NCBI GenBank assembly: GCA_964016885.1 | Contig: OZ024742.1 | Span: forward strand, 9,238,001 to 9,302,000 | Length of the DNA stretch: 64,000 nucleotides | Reading direction: 5' to 3' | Source of the DNA: Eledone cirrhosa | Taxonomy: Eukaryota | Part shown: positions 27,594-40,829 of the stretch, piece by piece | Layout of the letters: each line of letters opens with the position of its first letter | Position numbering within the stretch: position 1 is the stretch's first letter | Program-made: the position numbers and the translations under genes | The notes under the pieces: generated by a model | The model's database searches: none | The model's input: the letters and a program-made list of their open reading frames with translations, nothing else | Told to the model about the DNA's origin: nothing

Positions 27594-27992
27594 AACTATA
27601 GTAGGTAAAGTCAATTTTTTAAAATTTATTTTGAAACTTTTTCATTATTTACTAAACCTTGTTTATATTTGTTCTGGCTCGTTAATTTATTAACCCGCTA
27701 TTGAACCACACTGGCACTTGGTTGGACAATACATGCGTACCTTGGCGCCTTGTGCGTGAAAGGACGTATTTCATATTACTACTACCTCCACAAACGTTGA
27801 GAACAAACCGGGTCATTCCGACTGCTGCTGATAACAGCGGTGGCTAGTTTGACCTACCTCCTTTTGCCTCTATCTTTACTACGGCCCTTGATAAACCTGT
27901 TCTACATCATCCACTCTCATCCCAGGAACAGTCTTTGATAGCGCTAGTTTGTGATTTAAATTCAGGAATTTTATATTCTTTGAATGAAAAGA

Positions 27993-28076
27993 ACCTTCTG
28001 ACGAGAATCTCTCTTTGCAACGAAGGCCGTATGGCCTACGTTTTATTTTTGGGATTCGAAACCGATCGGTAAAGGT
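27993..28076 (+). ncRNA. Hammerhead ribozyme, unit 2
   Basis: ACCTT CTGACGA GAATCTC...GGGATTC GAAAC CGATCG GTA AAGGT. Confidence 0.92.
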
Positions 28077-28475
28077 AACTATAGTAGGTAAAGTCAATTT
28101 TTTAAAATTTATTTTGAAACTTTTTCATTATTTACTAAACCTTGTTTATATTTGTTCTGGCTCGTTAATTTATTAACCCGCTATTGAACCACACTGGCAC
28201 TTGGTTGGACAATACATGCGTACCTTGGCGCCTTGTGCGTGAAAGGACGTATTTCATATTACTACTACCTCCACAAACGTTGAGAACAAACCGGGTCATT
28301 CCGACTGCTGCTGATAACAGCGGTGGCTAGTTTGACCTACCTCCTTTTGCCTCTATCTTTACTACGGCCCTTGATAAACCTGTTCTACATCATCCACTCT
28401 CATCCCAGGAACAGTCTTTGATAGCGCTAGTTTGTGATTTAAATTCAGGAATTTTATATTCTTTGAATGAAAAGA

Positions 28476-28559
28476 ACCTTCTGACGAGAATCTCTCTTTG
28501 CAACGAAGGCCGTATGGCCTACGTTTTATTTTTGGGATTCGAAACCGATCGGTAAAGGT
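28476..28559 (+). ncRNA. Hammerhead ribozyme, unit 3
   Basis: Same as unit 2. Confidence 0.92.
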
Positions 28560-28958
28560 AACTATAGTAGGTAAAGTCAATTTTTTAAAATTTATTTTGA
28601 AACTTTTTCATTATTTACTAAACCTTGTTTATATTTGTTCTGGCTCGTTAATTTATTAACCCGCTATTGAACCACACTGGCACTTGGTTGGACAATACAT
28701 GCGTACCTTGGCGCCTTGTGCGTGAAAGGACGTATTTCATATTACTACTACCTCCACAAACGTTGAGAACAAACCGGGTCATTCCGACTGCTGCTGATAA
28801 CAGCGGTGGCTAGTTTGACCTACCTCCTTTTGCCTCTATCTTTACTACGGCCCTTGATAAACCTGTTCTACATCATCCACTCTCATCTCAGGAACAGTCT
28901 TTGATAGCGCTAGTTTGTGATTTAAATTCAGGAATTTTATATTCTTTGAATGAAAAGA

Positions 28959-29042
28959 ACCTTCTGACGAGAATCTCTCTTTGCAACGAAGGCCGTATGG
29001 CCTACGTTTTATTTTTGGGATTCGAAACCGATCGGTAAAGGT
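28959..29042 (+). ncRNA. Hammerhead ribozyme, unit 4
   Basis: Same as unit 2. Confidence 0.92.
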
Positions 29043-29441
29043 AACTATAGTAGGTAAAGTCAATTTTTTAAAATTTATTTTGAAACTTTTTCATTATTTA
29101 CTAAACCTTGTTTATATTTGTTCTGGCTCGTTAATTTATTAACCCGCTATTGAACCACACTGGCACTTGGTTGGACAATACATGCGTACCTTGGCGCCTT
29201 GTGCGTGAAAGGACGTATTTCATATTACTACTACCTCCACAAACGTTGAGAACAAACCGGGTCATTCCGACTGCTGCTGATAACAGCGGTGGCTAGTTTG
29301 ACCTACCTCCTTTTGCCTCTATCTTTACTACGGCCCTTGATAAACCTGTTCTACATCATCCACTCTCATCTCAGGAACAGTCTTTGATAGCGCTAGTTTG
29401 TGATTTAAATTCAGGAATTTTATATTCTTTGAATGAAAAGA

Positions 29442-29525
29442 ACCTTCTGACGAGAATCTCTCTTTGCAACGAAGGCCGTATGGCCTACGTTTTATTTTTG
29501 GGATTCGAAACCGATCGGTAAAGGT
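29442..29525 (+). ncRNA. Hammerhead ribozyme, unit 5
   Basis: Same as unit 2. Confidence 0.92.
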
Positions 29526-29924
29526 AACTATAGTAGGTAAAGTCAATTTTTTAAAATTTATTTTGAAACTTTTTCATTATTTACTAAACCTTGTTTATAT
29601 TTGTTCTGGCTCGTTAATTTATTAACCCGCTATTGAACCACACTGGCACTTGGTTGGACAATACATGCGTACCTTGGCGCCTTGTGCGTGAAAGGACGTA
29701 TTTCATATTACTACTACCTCCACAAACGTTGAGAACAAACCGGGTCATTCCGACTGCTGCTGATAACAGCGGTGGCTAGTTTGACCTACCTCCTTTTGCC
29801 TCTATCTTTACTACGGCCCTTGATAAACCTGTTCTACATCATCCACTCTCATCCCAGGAACAGTCTTTGATAGCGCTAGTTTGTGATTTAAATTCAGGAA
29901 TTTTATATTCTTTGAATGAAAAGA

Positions 29925-30008
29925 ACCTTCTGACGAGAATCTCTCTTTGCAACGAAGGCCGTATGGCCTACGTTTTATTTTTGGGATTCGAAACCGATCG
30001 GTAAAGGT
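29925..30008 (+). ncRNA. Hammerhead ribozyme, unit 6
   Basis: Same as unit 2. Confidence 0.92.
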
Positions 30009-30407
30009 AACTATAGTAGGTAAAGTCAATTTTTTAAAATTTATTTTGAAACTTTTTCATTATTTACTAAACCTTGTTTATATTTGTTCTGGCTCGTTAA
30101 TTTATTAACCCGCTATTGAACCACACTGGCACTTGGTTGGACAATACATGCGTACCTTGGCGCCTTGTGCGTGAAAGGACGTATTTCATATTACTACTAC
30201 CTCCACAAACGTTGAGAACAAACCGGGTCATTCCGACTGCTGCTGATAACAGCGGTGGCTAGTTTGACCTACCTCCTTTTGCCTCTATCTTTACTACGGC
30301 CCTTGATAAACCTGTTCTACATCATCCACTCTCATCCCAGGAACAGTCTTTGATAGCGCTAGTTTGTGATTTAAATTCAGGAATTTTATATTCTTTGAAT
30401 GAAAAGA

Positions 30408-30491
30408 ACCTTCTGACGAGAATCTCTCTTTGCAACGAAGGCCGTATGGCCTACGTTTTATTTTTGGGATTCGAAACCGATCGGTAAAGGT
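30408..30491 (+). ncRNA. Hammerhead ribozyme, unit 7
   Basis: Same as unit 2. Confidence 0.92.
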
Positions 30492-30670
30492 AACTATAGT
30501 AGGTAAAGTCAATTTTTTAAAATTTATTTTGAAACTTTTTCATTATTTACTAAACCTTGTTTATATTTGTTCTGGCTCGTTAATTTATTAACCCGCTATT
30601 GAACCACACTGGCACTTGGTTGGACAATACATGCGTACCTTGGCGCCTTGTGCGTGAAAGGACGTATTTC

Positions 30671-30780
<110 letters not shown>

Positions 30781-31038
30781 GTATATATATATATGTATAT
30801 ATATGTATGTATATATATATGTATATATATGTATATATATATGTTTATATATGTATGTATATATATTCTTTTCTTCTGTTTCTTTTTCTCGCCCTCTGGA
30901 TCGCACAAGCTCTCTCTCTTTTCTTTTAGATAGCTCCTTCAATATCTCACTGGAGTTATATCTCCCTCCCTCCCTCTGTCCCTCTCTAACCTCTACCCTA
31001 CACTTCCCACTGTCTCTCTTTATCCCCTCCACAGCGAA

Positions 31039-31992
31039 ATGGACTGCATGCAGGAAAATGGTGAAATTAGGAGTCAACGAAACTGGTCAAAGATGGAACT
31101 AGTGGTTTTGATCAAGAGGTGGACCATGGCTGATGGGTCTCCACCAAGCAAAAAGATGGCGGAGAACCTGAAGAGCCATGGGTTTCTGAGGACCCTGGCA
31201 CAGATAGAGAGAAAGAGAAAAGAAATTGAGAAGGCGTATGTCCTCATAGCGCCACATATGGCGATGCTAAGCCGTGTCCTTATGGAGGAGAAAACCGAAG
31301 AGAGGGATGAGGAGAAAGAGAAGGAAAAGGAAAAGGAAAAGGAAAAGGAAAAAGAAAAGGAGGAGAGCACAAGCATGGACCTGAAAGAAAATGATATACC
31401 CTCCGCCACAGGTAGGGAGGGCAGGCCGGGCAACCAACAAGCAAAGGGCAAAGGTGAAAAGCGAAATCACCTTCCGAAGGAGAACCAAGCGCAGAGGGAC
31501 AAGTGGACAACTGTTCAAAGGAAGAACAGAAAGCACCGAGACACTGGGAGCCAAAAAACCCAAGTAATGTGCAAGTTTTTCAAGAACGGGACATGCTGGC
31601 ATGGAGAGACAGGGATGGGATGCAGATTCGCCCACCCTAGGTCTTAAACGAACTATGCCCATCCTACTCGCGCAACATGCCCCAGCCAAAGCCGAAATAA
31701 GCCGCTCCAGAAGTATGCTGATGTCGCGCGTGCCGCACCAACAAGGAGAATGCACGCACATGCCGACGAGATACAGATGGCAGCAGCAGAGCAGAAACAT
31801 TTTTTAGTGATGGCAGAGAAGATTGTGGGACAGCTGACCTGGCTGCATCGTCTCCAGAGCCAGGGTCATCCACACCAGCACTCGAGACCACCGCAGTTAA
31901 GGGACCCAGAGTGGCCGCCGCTGACACCAGACCAGATGTCATACCGACAGCCATTACTGGCACCCCAAAAGTCACACCAGTGCTGCTGCTGA
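31039..31992 (+). pseudogene. LINE ORF1 with CCCH zinc finger, disrupted
   Basis: CKFFKNGTCWHGETGMGCRFAH; EK-rich tract. Confidence 0.65.
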
Positions 31993-34950
31993 ATGTCAGA
32001 GGCCAGGTGAAACTCAGTAACATGAGTAAAATTTCCTACCTGGGAGACTTAGCCATAAGCAATCAAGCACTATGCATGGCACTAACCGAAGCGCACATGA
32101 CAAGCAGTATAGCAGATGCAGAAATACATATACCGAAATATACTGTATTTCGTTCGGACAGGAAGGAGAGAACTCATGGTGGGGTTGCTCTGTATATCCG
32201 TGAAGATGTCACACCAATTGTACTGTTGAAATAATTTCAAACTCAGTCTGTGACACACTGATAATACATATGAAGCAACTACAGACAGTAATATGTGTCA
32301 CATATCGGCCGCCCGATGCCCCCAGTCATGAGGGTAAATTTGAGGATAGCCTAAGTAGGATAGAAGAGGTCCTTGACAAACTGGACCAGGGTCTCAACAT
32401 CCTACTGCTGGGAGACTTCAGCCTACCAAAGGTCAAATGGCCTGAGGGCCACATCCTCCCTGGAATGACGTCAATAGAACAGAGACAGACGGAATCCCTG
32501 CTGGCCCTCACACACAGGTTGTTCATGGAGCAAACAATACTCCTCCCAACAAGAGGCAAAAATGTCCTGGACCTCTGTTATACAAACAACGAAGTGCTCA
32601 TCCACAATGTAAAGGTGACACCAACAATTCTCTCGGATCATAACTTAGTAGAACTAATGATATGTGGTCCGAGAGAACCAACAGAGACAAAACCACCAAG
32701 AAGCTCCGGGACGCTATCCAGCCTTAACTTCTACAAGGCTAACTGGAAAAAGATTAAGAGAAAAATCCGGAAGCAAACATGGAGTGAAAACACCGCCACA
32801 CAAGACACTAACACACAATTTCAACACTTCATGACAACGATACGCACTATATGCAAAAAGTTTGTTCCGGAGAAAGAGGCAAACAGACACAAAAATCTTA
32901 TTCCCAGAGATAGGAAAATCCTTATGAGACGTAGAACTAAACTCTCAAACCAGTTGAATAGTCAACAAAACCAAAACAAGAAGGAATTCTATTTGAATCG
33001 TGCACTACTTGACACCGAGATTGCACTCAAACTTTCACATGAGAATGAGAGGGCAAAGAAAGAGAACAGGGCCATAGAAAACATTAAAACAAACCCTGAG
33101 ACCTTTAAATTTGCAAAAGAAACTGCCTCAGTACACTGCAAGATTGGCCCACTCTTCCACACGGACGGTTCATTAACCGAAAACCCCCAAGAGATATGTG
33201 AAATACTGAACGAACAGTACAAAAGTGTGTTCACATGTCCACTGAGGCACATGCAAATAACGAAGCCAGAGGAGTTCTTTGATGCCACAACACTACATCA
33301 AGATATGGCAACCATCAACCACATACACATAACGGAGGAGGATGTGGGGTACGCCATTGATGAAATTAGAACAGACTCGGCTGCTGGACCTGATGGATTC
33401 CCAGCAGTTCTCTTAAAAATATGTAAGCAGGCCTTAGCAACTCCACTGAAGATGCTCTTCAGAAGCTCCTTGGCTAGTGGTGTACTACCCAGGGAGCTGA
33501 AAGAAGGCACAATATGCCCTATCCATAAAGAAGGTAGCAGAGCGAAGGCCAAGAACTATAGGCCAGTCTCCCTGACGTCGCATATCAGTAAGGTCATGGA
33601 GCGAGTCGTCAGAAAGAAACTGATCACTTTCCTCGAGGAAAATGACCGCCTGACTAGCAAGCAACATGGCTTCCGCCCACAGGCCCAACATGGCTGCCTG
33701 ACACAGCTGCTATATGACTACGACTGGGTACTGAGACAACTACTAGACAGCTCACATGTGGACGTGATATATCTTGACTTTGCGAAGGCCTTTAACAAGG
33801 TCGACCACGGAATAATATGTTACAAACTACACGGACTCGGCATAACTGGAAAAGTAGGTGAGTGGCTGCATGGCTTCCTAGGGGACAGAAGCCAGGCAGT
33901 CGCAGCAAATGGGACCCTCTCGAGGGAAACACCAACAACAAGTGGGGTGCCCCAGGGGACAGTCCTAGGACCACTACTGTTTTGGTGGCTCTCTCGGACA
34001 TGCCCTCTGTGGTGCATACAACAACATCCCTCACTAGCTATGCTGATGACACTAAGGTAGCACAGGCAATCAAAAACCCGGCTGACGCTGCCCTTTTACA
34101 GCAGGATCTGGATGCCATATACAAATGGGCGGAAGAAAACAACATGCAGTTTAATGCTGGCAAATTCCAAGCCCTACAATACAAACCTGCAAATACAAAT
34201 ATAGTGGAACACAACTACACAGGACCAGGAAGGACCGATATCCCCGTGTGAAAATCGATACGAAACCTGGGCATAGACATGAGCGATGATGCATCTTTTT
34301 CTTCACACATCATGAAAGTGGCGACAATGTGCAGACGACTCGCTGGCTGGATCTTGAGGACTTTCCGGACAAGGGATCGAGACACCATGTTGACACTATG
34401 GAGGACATTTGTCCTAAGCCGCCTGGACTACTGCTCCCAGTTGTGGTCACCCCATAGTGTCAAACTAACCACGGAGCTTGAGGCAATCCAGCGAAGCTAC
34501 ACCAAGAGGATTGCCAAGATGAGGGAGACAAGCTACTGGGAGAGGCTAAAGGAACTAAACCTCTACTCCTTGGAGCGAAGACGGGAGAGATACGCAGTGA
34601 TCTACATATGGAAAATCCTGGAGGGACTAGCACCAAACTTTGGCATTGGGAGCTGGACCAACCGTCGAACAGGACGTCACTGTGTGGTGCCAAAGGTCCC
34701 GTCTTCCACATCTAGAATAAGGAGCAGGTATTGCAATAGCCTGGGATTCAAGGGCCCTCAACTCTTCAACAGGCTGCCGAGGGATCTGAGAGACTTGCGT
34801 GACGTGGAGGTGGATGTCTTCAAGAAACATCTCGACACCTTGTTATCCAGGATCCCGGATGAGCCCACAGCAAGACACGAGGGAAACCTAAGGGCAGCAG
34901 CAACAAACTCCCTCTTACACCAGTGGCCAACCTATACAGGCTGGAGATAA
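31975..34950 (+). pseudogene. LINE ORF2 (APE endonuclease + RT), disrupted
   Basis: RSDR..HGGVALYI, YRPP, LGDF, SDHN, YRPVSLTS, YLDFAKAF, GVPQGTVLGPLLF, YADD, LDYCSQLWSP, LERRR. Confidence 0.92.
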
Positions 34951-35059
34951 AATATGTAGCAACAAGGGCGGTGCCCCAGCATGGCCTCAACCAGATGGCT
35001 GAAACAGGTAAAAGAGTAAAAGAGTATATGTATGTATATATATGTATATATATATATGT

Positions 35060-36298
35060 TTGTGTCAGGTCACCAGTTGGTGCTACTGGTAACATGTATC
35101 CCAGTACAACCTGTCTCATGGTCGGGTCGTTGGCGACTAAACTGGCAACCCCACCAAGGTTTCTTGGTGAGGAGGGTGGCTATGGACATCCTGCAGGACT
35201 AAAAACAAAACCTGTCAAAAGGCAAAGGGGCTCTTAAGAGTCAATAGCCATCCAAAATCACCGGGAGAGATGACCCCTTAGCCTTTGTCAAGGCAGAATT
35301 CTAGGAGAAGGAAAACTCTGATATAACACCTGCAACCCTGATGGTATCCAATGATGTTGAATTGTTCTTCTTTTTGGTAAATATCATCTTGGTTAAGAGA
35401 GTGGGACTGGCTTTGTGCAGTGCCTTTGCTCACTATAAAAGCTTCACAGCACAGGCATTGCTTTAAATCTGGAGATCTCTCTGCACTTGTCGTCACATGG
35501 TACCATGGGCCCAGTACTATGTGTCAATAATTGTCACAAGTGTAGTGTTTGTACCAGAGTTTTCAAGTCGCTGGCTGGACTAAAATGTCACACTCGTTCA
35601 GCCCATCTGTAGGGGTTCTCCTACATGGATATAAAGTAGTGGCCATACTCGAAAACGAGTTGGCGGCCACCATGTATGTATGTATGTGTGTCAGGTCACC
35701 AGTTGGTGCTACTGGTAACATGTATCCCAGTACAACCTGTCTCATGCTCGGGTCGTTGGCGACTAAACTGGCAACCCCACCAAGGTTTCTTGGTGAGGAG
35801 GGTGGCTTTGGACATCCTGCAGGACTAAAAACAAAACCTGTCAAAAGGCAAAGGGGCTCTTAAGAGTCAATAGCCATCCAAAATCACCGGGAGAGATGAC
35901 CCCTTAGCCTTTGTCAAGGCAGAATTCTAGGAGAAGGAAAACTCTGATATAACACCTGCAACCCTGATGGTATCCAATGATGTTGAATTGTTCTTCTTTT
36001 TGGTAAATATCATCTTGGTTAAGAGAGTGGGACTGGCTTTGTGCAGTGCCTTTGCTCACTATAAAAGCTTCACAGCACAGGCATTGCTTTATATCTGGAG
36101 ATCTCTCTGCACTTGTCGTCACATGGTACCATGGGCCCAGCACTATGTGTCAATAATTGTCACAAGTGTAGTGTTTGTACCAGAGTTTTCAAGTCGCTGG
36201 CTGAACTAAAAAGTCACATTCGTTCAGCGCATTGGTAGGGGTTCTCCTACATGGATATAAAGTAGTGGCCGTACTCGAAAACGAGTTGGCAGCCACCA
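35060..36298 (+). repeat. Tandem dimer (626-bp period) beginning with an RTE-like 5' UTR
   Basis: 35060-35672 repeated at 35686-36298; GTCG..GGCGACTAA and GGAGAAGGAAAACTCTG motifs. Confidence 0.8.
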
Positions 36299-36362
36299 TA
36301 TATATATGTATATATATATATATGTACATATATGTATATATATATATGTATATATACAAATG

Positions 36363-36464
<102 letters not shown>

Positions 36465-36467
36465 TAT

Positions 36468-36800
36468 TGGCATTACGTGGGATCAACGGCAACATCGTTT
36501 AAATCTCGATTATATAGGCATTCTTACTCAATAAAACACCAGAGCCAAAGAAATGTAACAACTTTAGCAGAAAAAGCTTGGACACTCAGGGATAGCGATC
36601 AAAAGTTTGCCCTAAAATGGGAGAAATTAGCTAAAACCCAAAGCTTTTCCGGGAGCCAAAATTGCTGCAAATGATGTAATCTTGAGATTTATTACATAAT
36701 CACACACAAGAAGAAACTGCTTAATAACAGAATGGAACGAACATTATTCTGCCGTCACTGAACTAAAACCCTTTTTTCCCACTACAAGCTGAATATTACA
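36468..36800 (+). pseudogene. PLE GIY-YIG C-terminal fragment
   Basis: [16 protein letters not shown]...LKW...CK*CNLE...LNNR.E...CRH. Confidence 0.8.
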
Positions 36801-37090
36801 TAAACGAGGGACATCCTCCCAACTATACAAATCCTCAATCTAGTTAGAAAAATATAAAAACAATCTCTTCTCAACATATATGTGTACTATTAATAACCTT
36901 AAATTATCACACTAATAATGGATAAATATTCTGGCGAGAATAGGTGCGAATATGCTATAATGAATGTGTCTAAAAGCGACCATATGAAGGTATATAGGTG
37001 AAAAATGTATATAAATAAGTAAATAAGTGGGCGAGTGTGTATATATATATATATATTTGATGTGTATAATTAAATGTATGTGTATTCATG

Positions 37091-37132
<42 letters not shown>

Positions 37133-37133
<1 letters not shown>

Positions 37134-37397
37134 AAGGCGGGTAAAATTCCCGAAATCCATGTACGAGTTCTCTCCAGCGGTCTCTGTTATCGCTGCCATA
37201 TCCTGCATCTCCAACAGACCAGTGTCTGTCCTTAGGGCATCAACATATGTTAACCTTGGTCTTCCTCTTCTAGTGTGTCCATGTAGGGGCTCCCAAAGGA
37301 GCACTGAGTGCAATGTCAACTCTGGATGTCGGTGAGCATGTCCAGCCAACCTCAGTCTTCTCTGTGTCACTTTTGAGCTGACTTTTGGGATGCTCCC
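37133..37397 (-). mobile_element. RTE LINE 3' fragment
   Basis: [14 protein letters not shown]...[17 protein letters not shown]. Confidence 0.85.
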
Positions 37398-37517
37398 ATA
37401 TATGTATATATATATATATATACACATAGACAGGAATATGTATGTATATATGTGTGTATATGAAGATAAGTAGAGTATGAAAGTGTATATACATGAATGC
37501 GTACGTGGGTACATATA

Positions 37518-37621
<104 letters not shown>

Positions 37622-38323
37622 TGTATATGTGTATGTAAGTATGAGCATGTAAGTATGTGTATGTGAGTGTATGTATTTGTAGAGGTGTGCATATATGTAT
37701 GTGTGTGAATGTGTATGGGTTTTTTTTTTAAATAAGTATATATACACATATATCTATATGTGAGCAAATGGATACACACACTTGAAAGAAAAATTTAAGT
37801 CTGTATGTTAATTAAGTGCAAACACAAAACCAACCATGCATATCTTTACTATCTCTAATCCTTCTATAGATTTAGCAAAATAACCAACGCCAAATAATGT
37901 GTTCTATAAAAATGTCAAAACAACAAATGGGAATCTAATTACCCACTGCTATCAACAATTTCTATCCACTTCCTTAACTATTCTTCTAACTTCACTCCCC
38001 CCTCTTAATATTCTCTATAAAAACCAAACAAGTTCTCAATGAGAAATATTCTGATGAAATGATAGTTGAAAATAACATTGAAATATTGGGTGTCTGCATA
38101 ATTAATACTTTGTAGATAGCAGCCGTTTTCAGGTTATATAACTGTTATTGAAACACGTGTCAATAAATTCCTTTTACTGAACTGTATCCATTTAAATCCT
38201 TCTATTTTCACCGGATTACTTTTGAAACTACAACTGGAACTGTCGAGCAAACCCTACGTGAGCTGTCCATCTACTGTGTGTAATATTCATATTATAACAC
38301 TACGGAAAATACTATATATATGG

Positions 38324-38367
<44 letters not shown>

Positions 38368-38534
38368 GTTATTCCGGGTTGAATCGGAGGTAACCACAAT
38401 AAGTAAGGTACTCAATACATAGCAGAGTATAACAGTTTTAATATAGATGAGATTCTACAGGACTAGAACTGTTTCATTCATTAGAAATCATCCTGATGAT
38501 TTCTAATGAATGAAACAGTTCTAGTCCTGTAGAA

Positions 38535-38540
<6 letters not shown>
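38368..38540 (-). mobile_element. Hairpin-headed short element (perfect 46-bp arms, 38447-38540); tail also at about 10424-10510
   Basis: Direct reading; HHR-like core CTGATGA-TTTCTAATGAAT-GAAAC begins at the hairpin centre. Confidence 0.7.
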
Positions 38541-38603
<63 letters not shown>

Positions 38604-38611
38604 TATATATG

Positions 38612-38642
<31 letters not shown>

Positions 38643-38653
38643 ATATATGATTA

Positions 38654-38686
<33 letters not shown>

Positions 38687-38705
38687 GATTATATATATAT
38701 ATTTG

Positions 38706-38748
<43 letters not shown>

Positions 38749-38861
38749 ATATATATGTATATATGTATATATATGTATATATATATATATGTATTTATAT
38801 TTGTATATATATATATATATACATGTAAATATATATATCTGTATATATATATATGTATATG

Positions 38862-38932
<71 letters not shown>

Positions 38933-38976
38933 GTATATATATATATATATATATGTATGTATATATATATACATAC

Positions 38977-39045
<69 letters not shown>

Positions 39046-39046
39046 A

Positions 39047-39084
<38 letters not shown>

Positions 39085-39106
39085 GTATGTATATATATAT
39101 ACATAC

Positions 39107-39206
<100 letters not shown>

Positions 39207-39208
39207 GT

Positions 39209-39239
<31 letters not shown>

Positions 39240-39920
39240 TATATATATATATACATATATATACATATATATATATATACATATATATACATATATATAT
39301 ATACATACATATATATACATATACCACGATAAATTAACGGAGGCATAGGCCGTCGTTATTCCCTGTAAATAATGTGCTCAAAGGGGAAGAGATCCTGAGC
39401 CCTTTAAAATATAATATGTTGAGAAGGTAACACACCAGAGAGAGATATATAGTGTGTTATCAATAATACAGGGAAAAAAACCCACCAGTGTATGGAATCT
39501 ATAACCTATGAAAGGCAGACTATAGACACGATAATTAAAAATATAAATTAAAGCGTAAATAAATACCTTTATAACTATATAACACACGTACAAATCCAAA
39601 GATATGTTTCACCAACAAATTTGTTGAAAGAAATGGTCTAGTCTCGGTTCATCAGCCTGTGTAAGGCCATACATTTCAGACAACACTAAGAGAATTTTAC
39701 AATTGACTGTCCAGCTACACGTGGGAGAGAGAAGTCACAGCGTGTTTAAGGGCAGTGAACCAGTGACCTCTGAGAGACGAACTGCTAGAAATGGCAGCCC
39801 AAAGCCACTCAGAGAAGTGTGCTCAACCAAACAGAGATAGGAAAGACTGTTATTAGGAGCGAAATATCACGATAAATTAACGGAGGCATAGGCCGTCGTT
39901 ATTCCCTGTAAATATTGTGC

Positions 39921-40023
<103 letters not shown>

Positions 40024-40046
40024 GTACATATATATATATATATATA

Positions 40047-40200
<154 letters not shown>

Positions 40201-40512
40201 CTGGGCCACGCATATAAGCAGCAAAGTTGACATGGCCCGCAAAATGTGTTCCAGGATCCTCAGAACCTTCCAGTCGAGAGATTCCCACACCATTATCCTT
40301 CTCTTCTCCACTTTTGCCCGACCACACGTTGAATACTGTTGTCCACTGTGGTCTCCCCACACGAAACGAAGTATCATGAAACTTGAAGCTCCCCAAAGGG
40401 CAATCATGAAAAATATAGATGGCATGTCACACCTTGATTACTGGGGTCGACTAGAAAAGCTGAAACTTTACTCACTCCAACGTCGCCATGAGCGTTATAT
40501 TATCTGCATGAT
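40201..40512 (+). mobile_element. CR1-group LINE fragment
   Basis: ILRTFQSRD...EYCCPLWSP...LYSLQRR. Confidence 0.85.
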
Positions 40513-40782
40513 GCGGAGCGGGTTTGGATTTTGAAATCTAGATTTGTCCAGGAATCACGGCCTTTGCCAATATAAGCTTGTCTTTATTGACTTATATCGA
40601 TACAGACAAATTGTATTCACTTTAATTAGTTTATTTCATTAATAGCTAACTTTGTGTTACAATGCAAACACGTTTTGTGTTTATCATATATATTAATGTA
40701 TATATATATATATACATATATATATATACATACATATATATATATATGTATAATATATATATACATATATATATATACATAC

Positions 40783-40829
<47 letters not shown>

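Larger units (their letters stand above)
30868..35024 (+). mobile_element. Near full-length CR1-group LINE
   Basis: CT-rich 5' UTR, ORF1, ORF2, 3' end GGCGGTGCCCCAGCATGGCC...(TAAAAGAG)2; flanked by (TA)n. Confidence 0.88.

Noticed and set aside
27396-27614. 72-aa ORF repeated in every array unit (minus strand)
   Set aside because: TTG start, no recognisable domain, and it is the antisense of the ribozyme
36660-36765. Selenocysteine recoding (known in some Naiads) at in-frame TGA codons
   Set aside because: The TGAs fall at non-Cys positions (CK*C, CRH*), and the conserved cysteines in both larger PLEs are ordinary Cys codons
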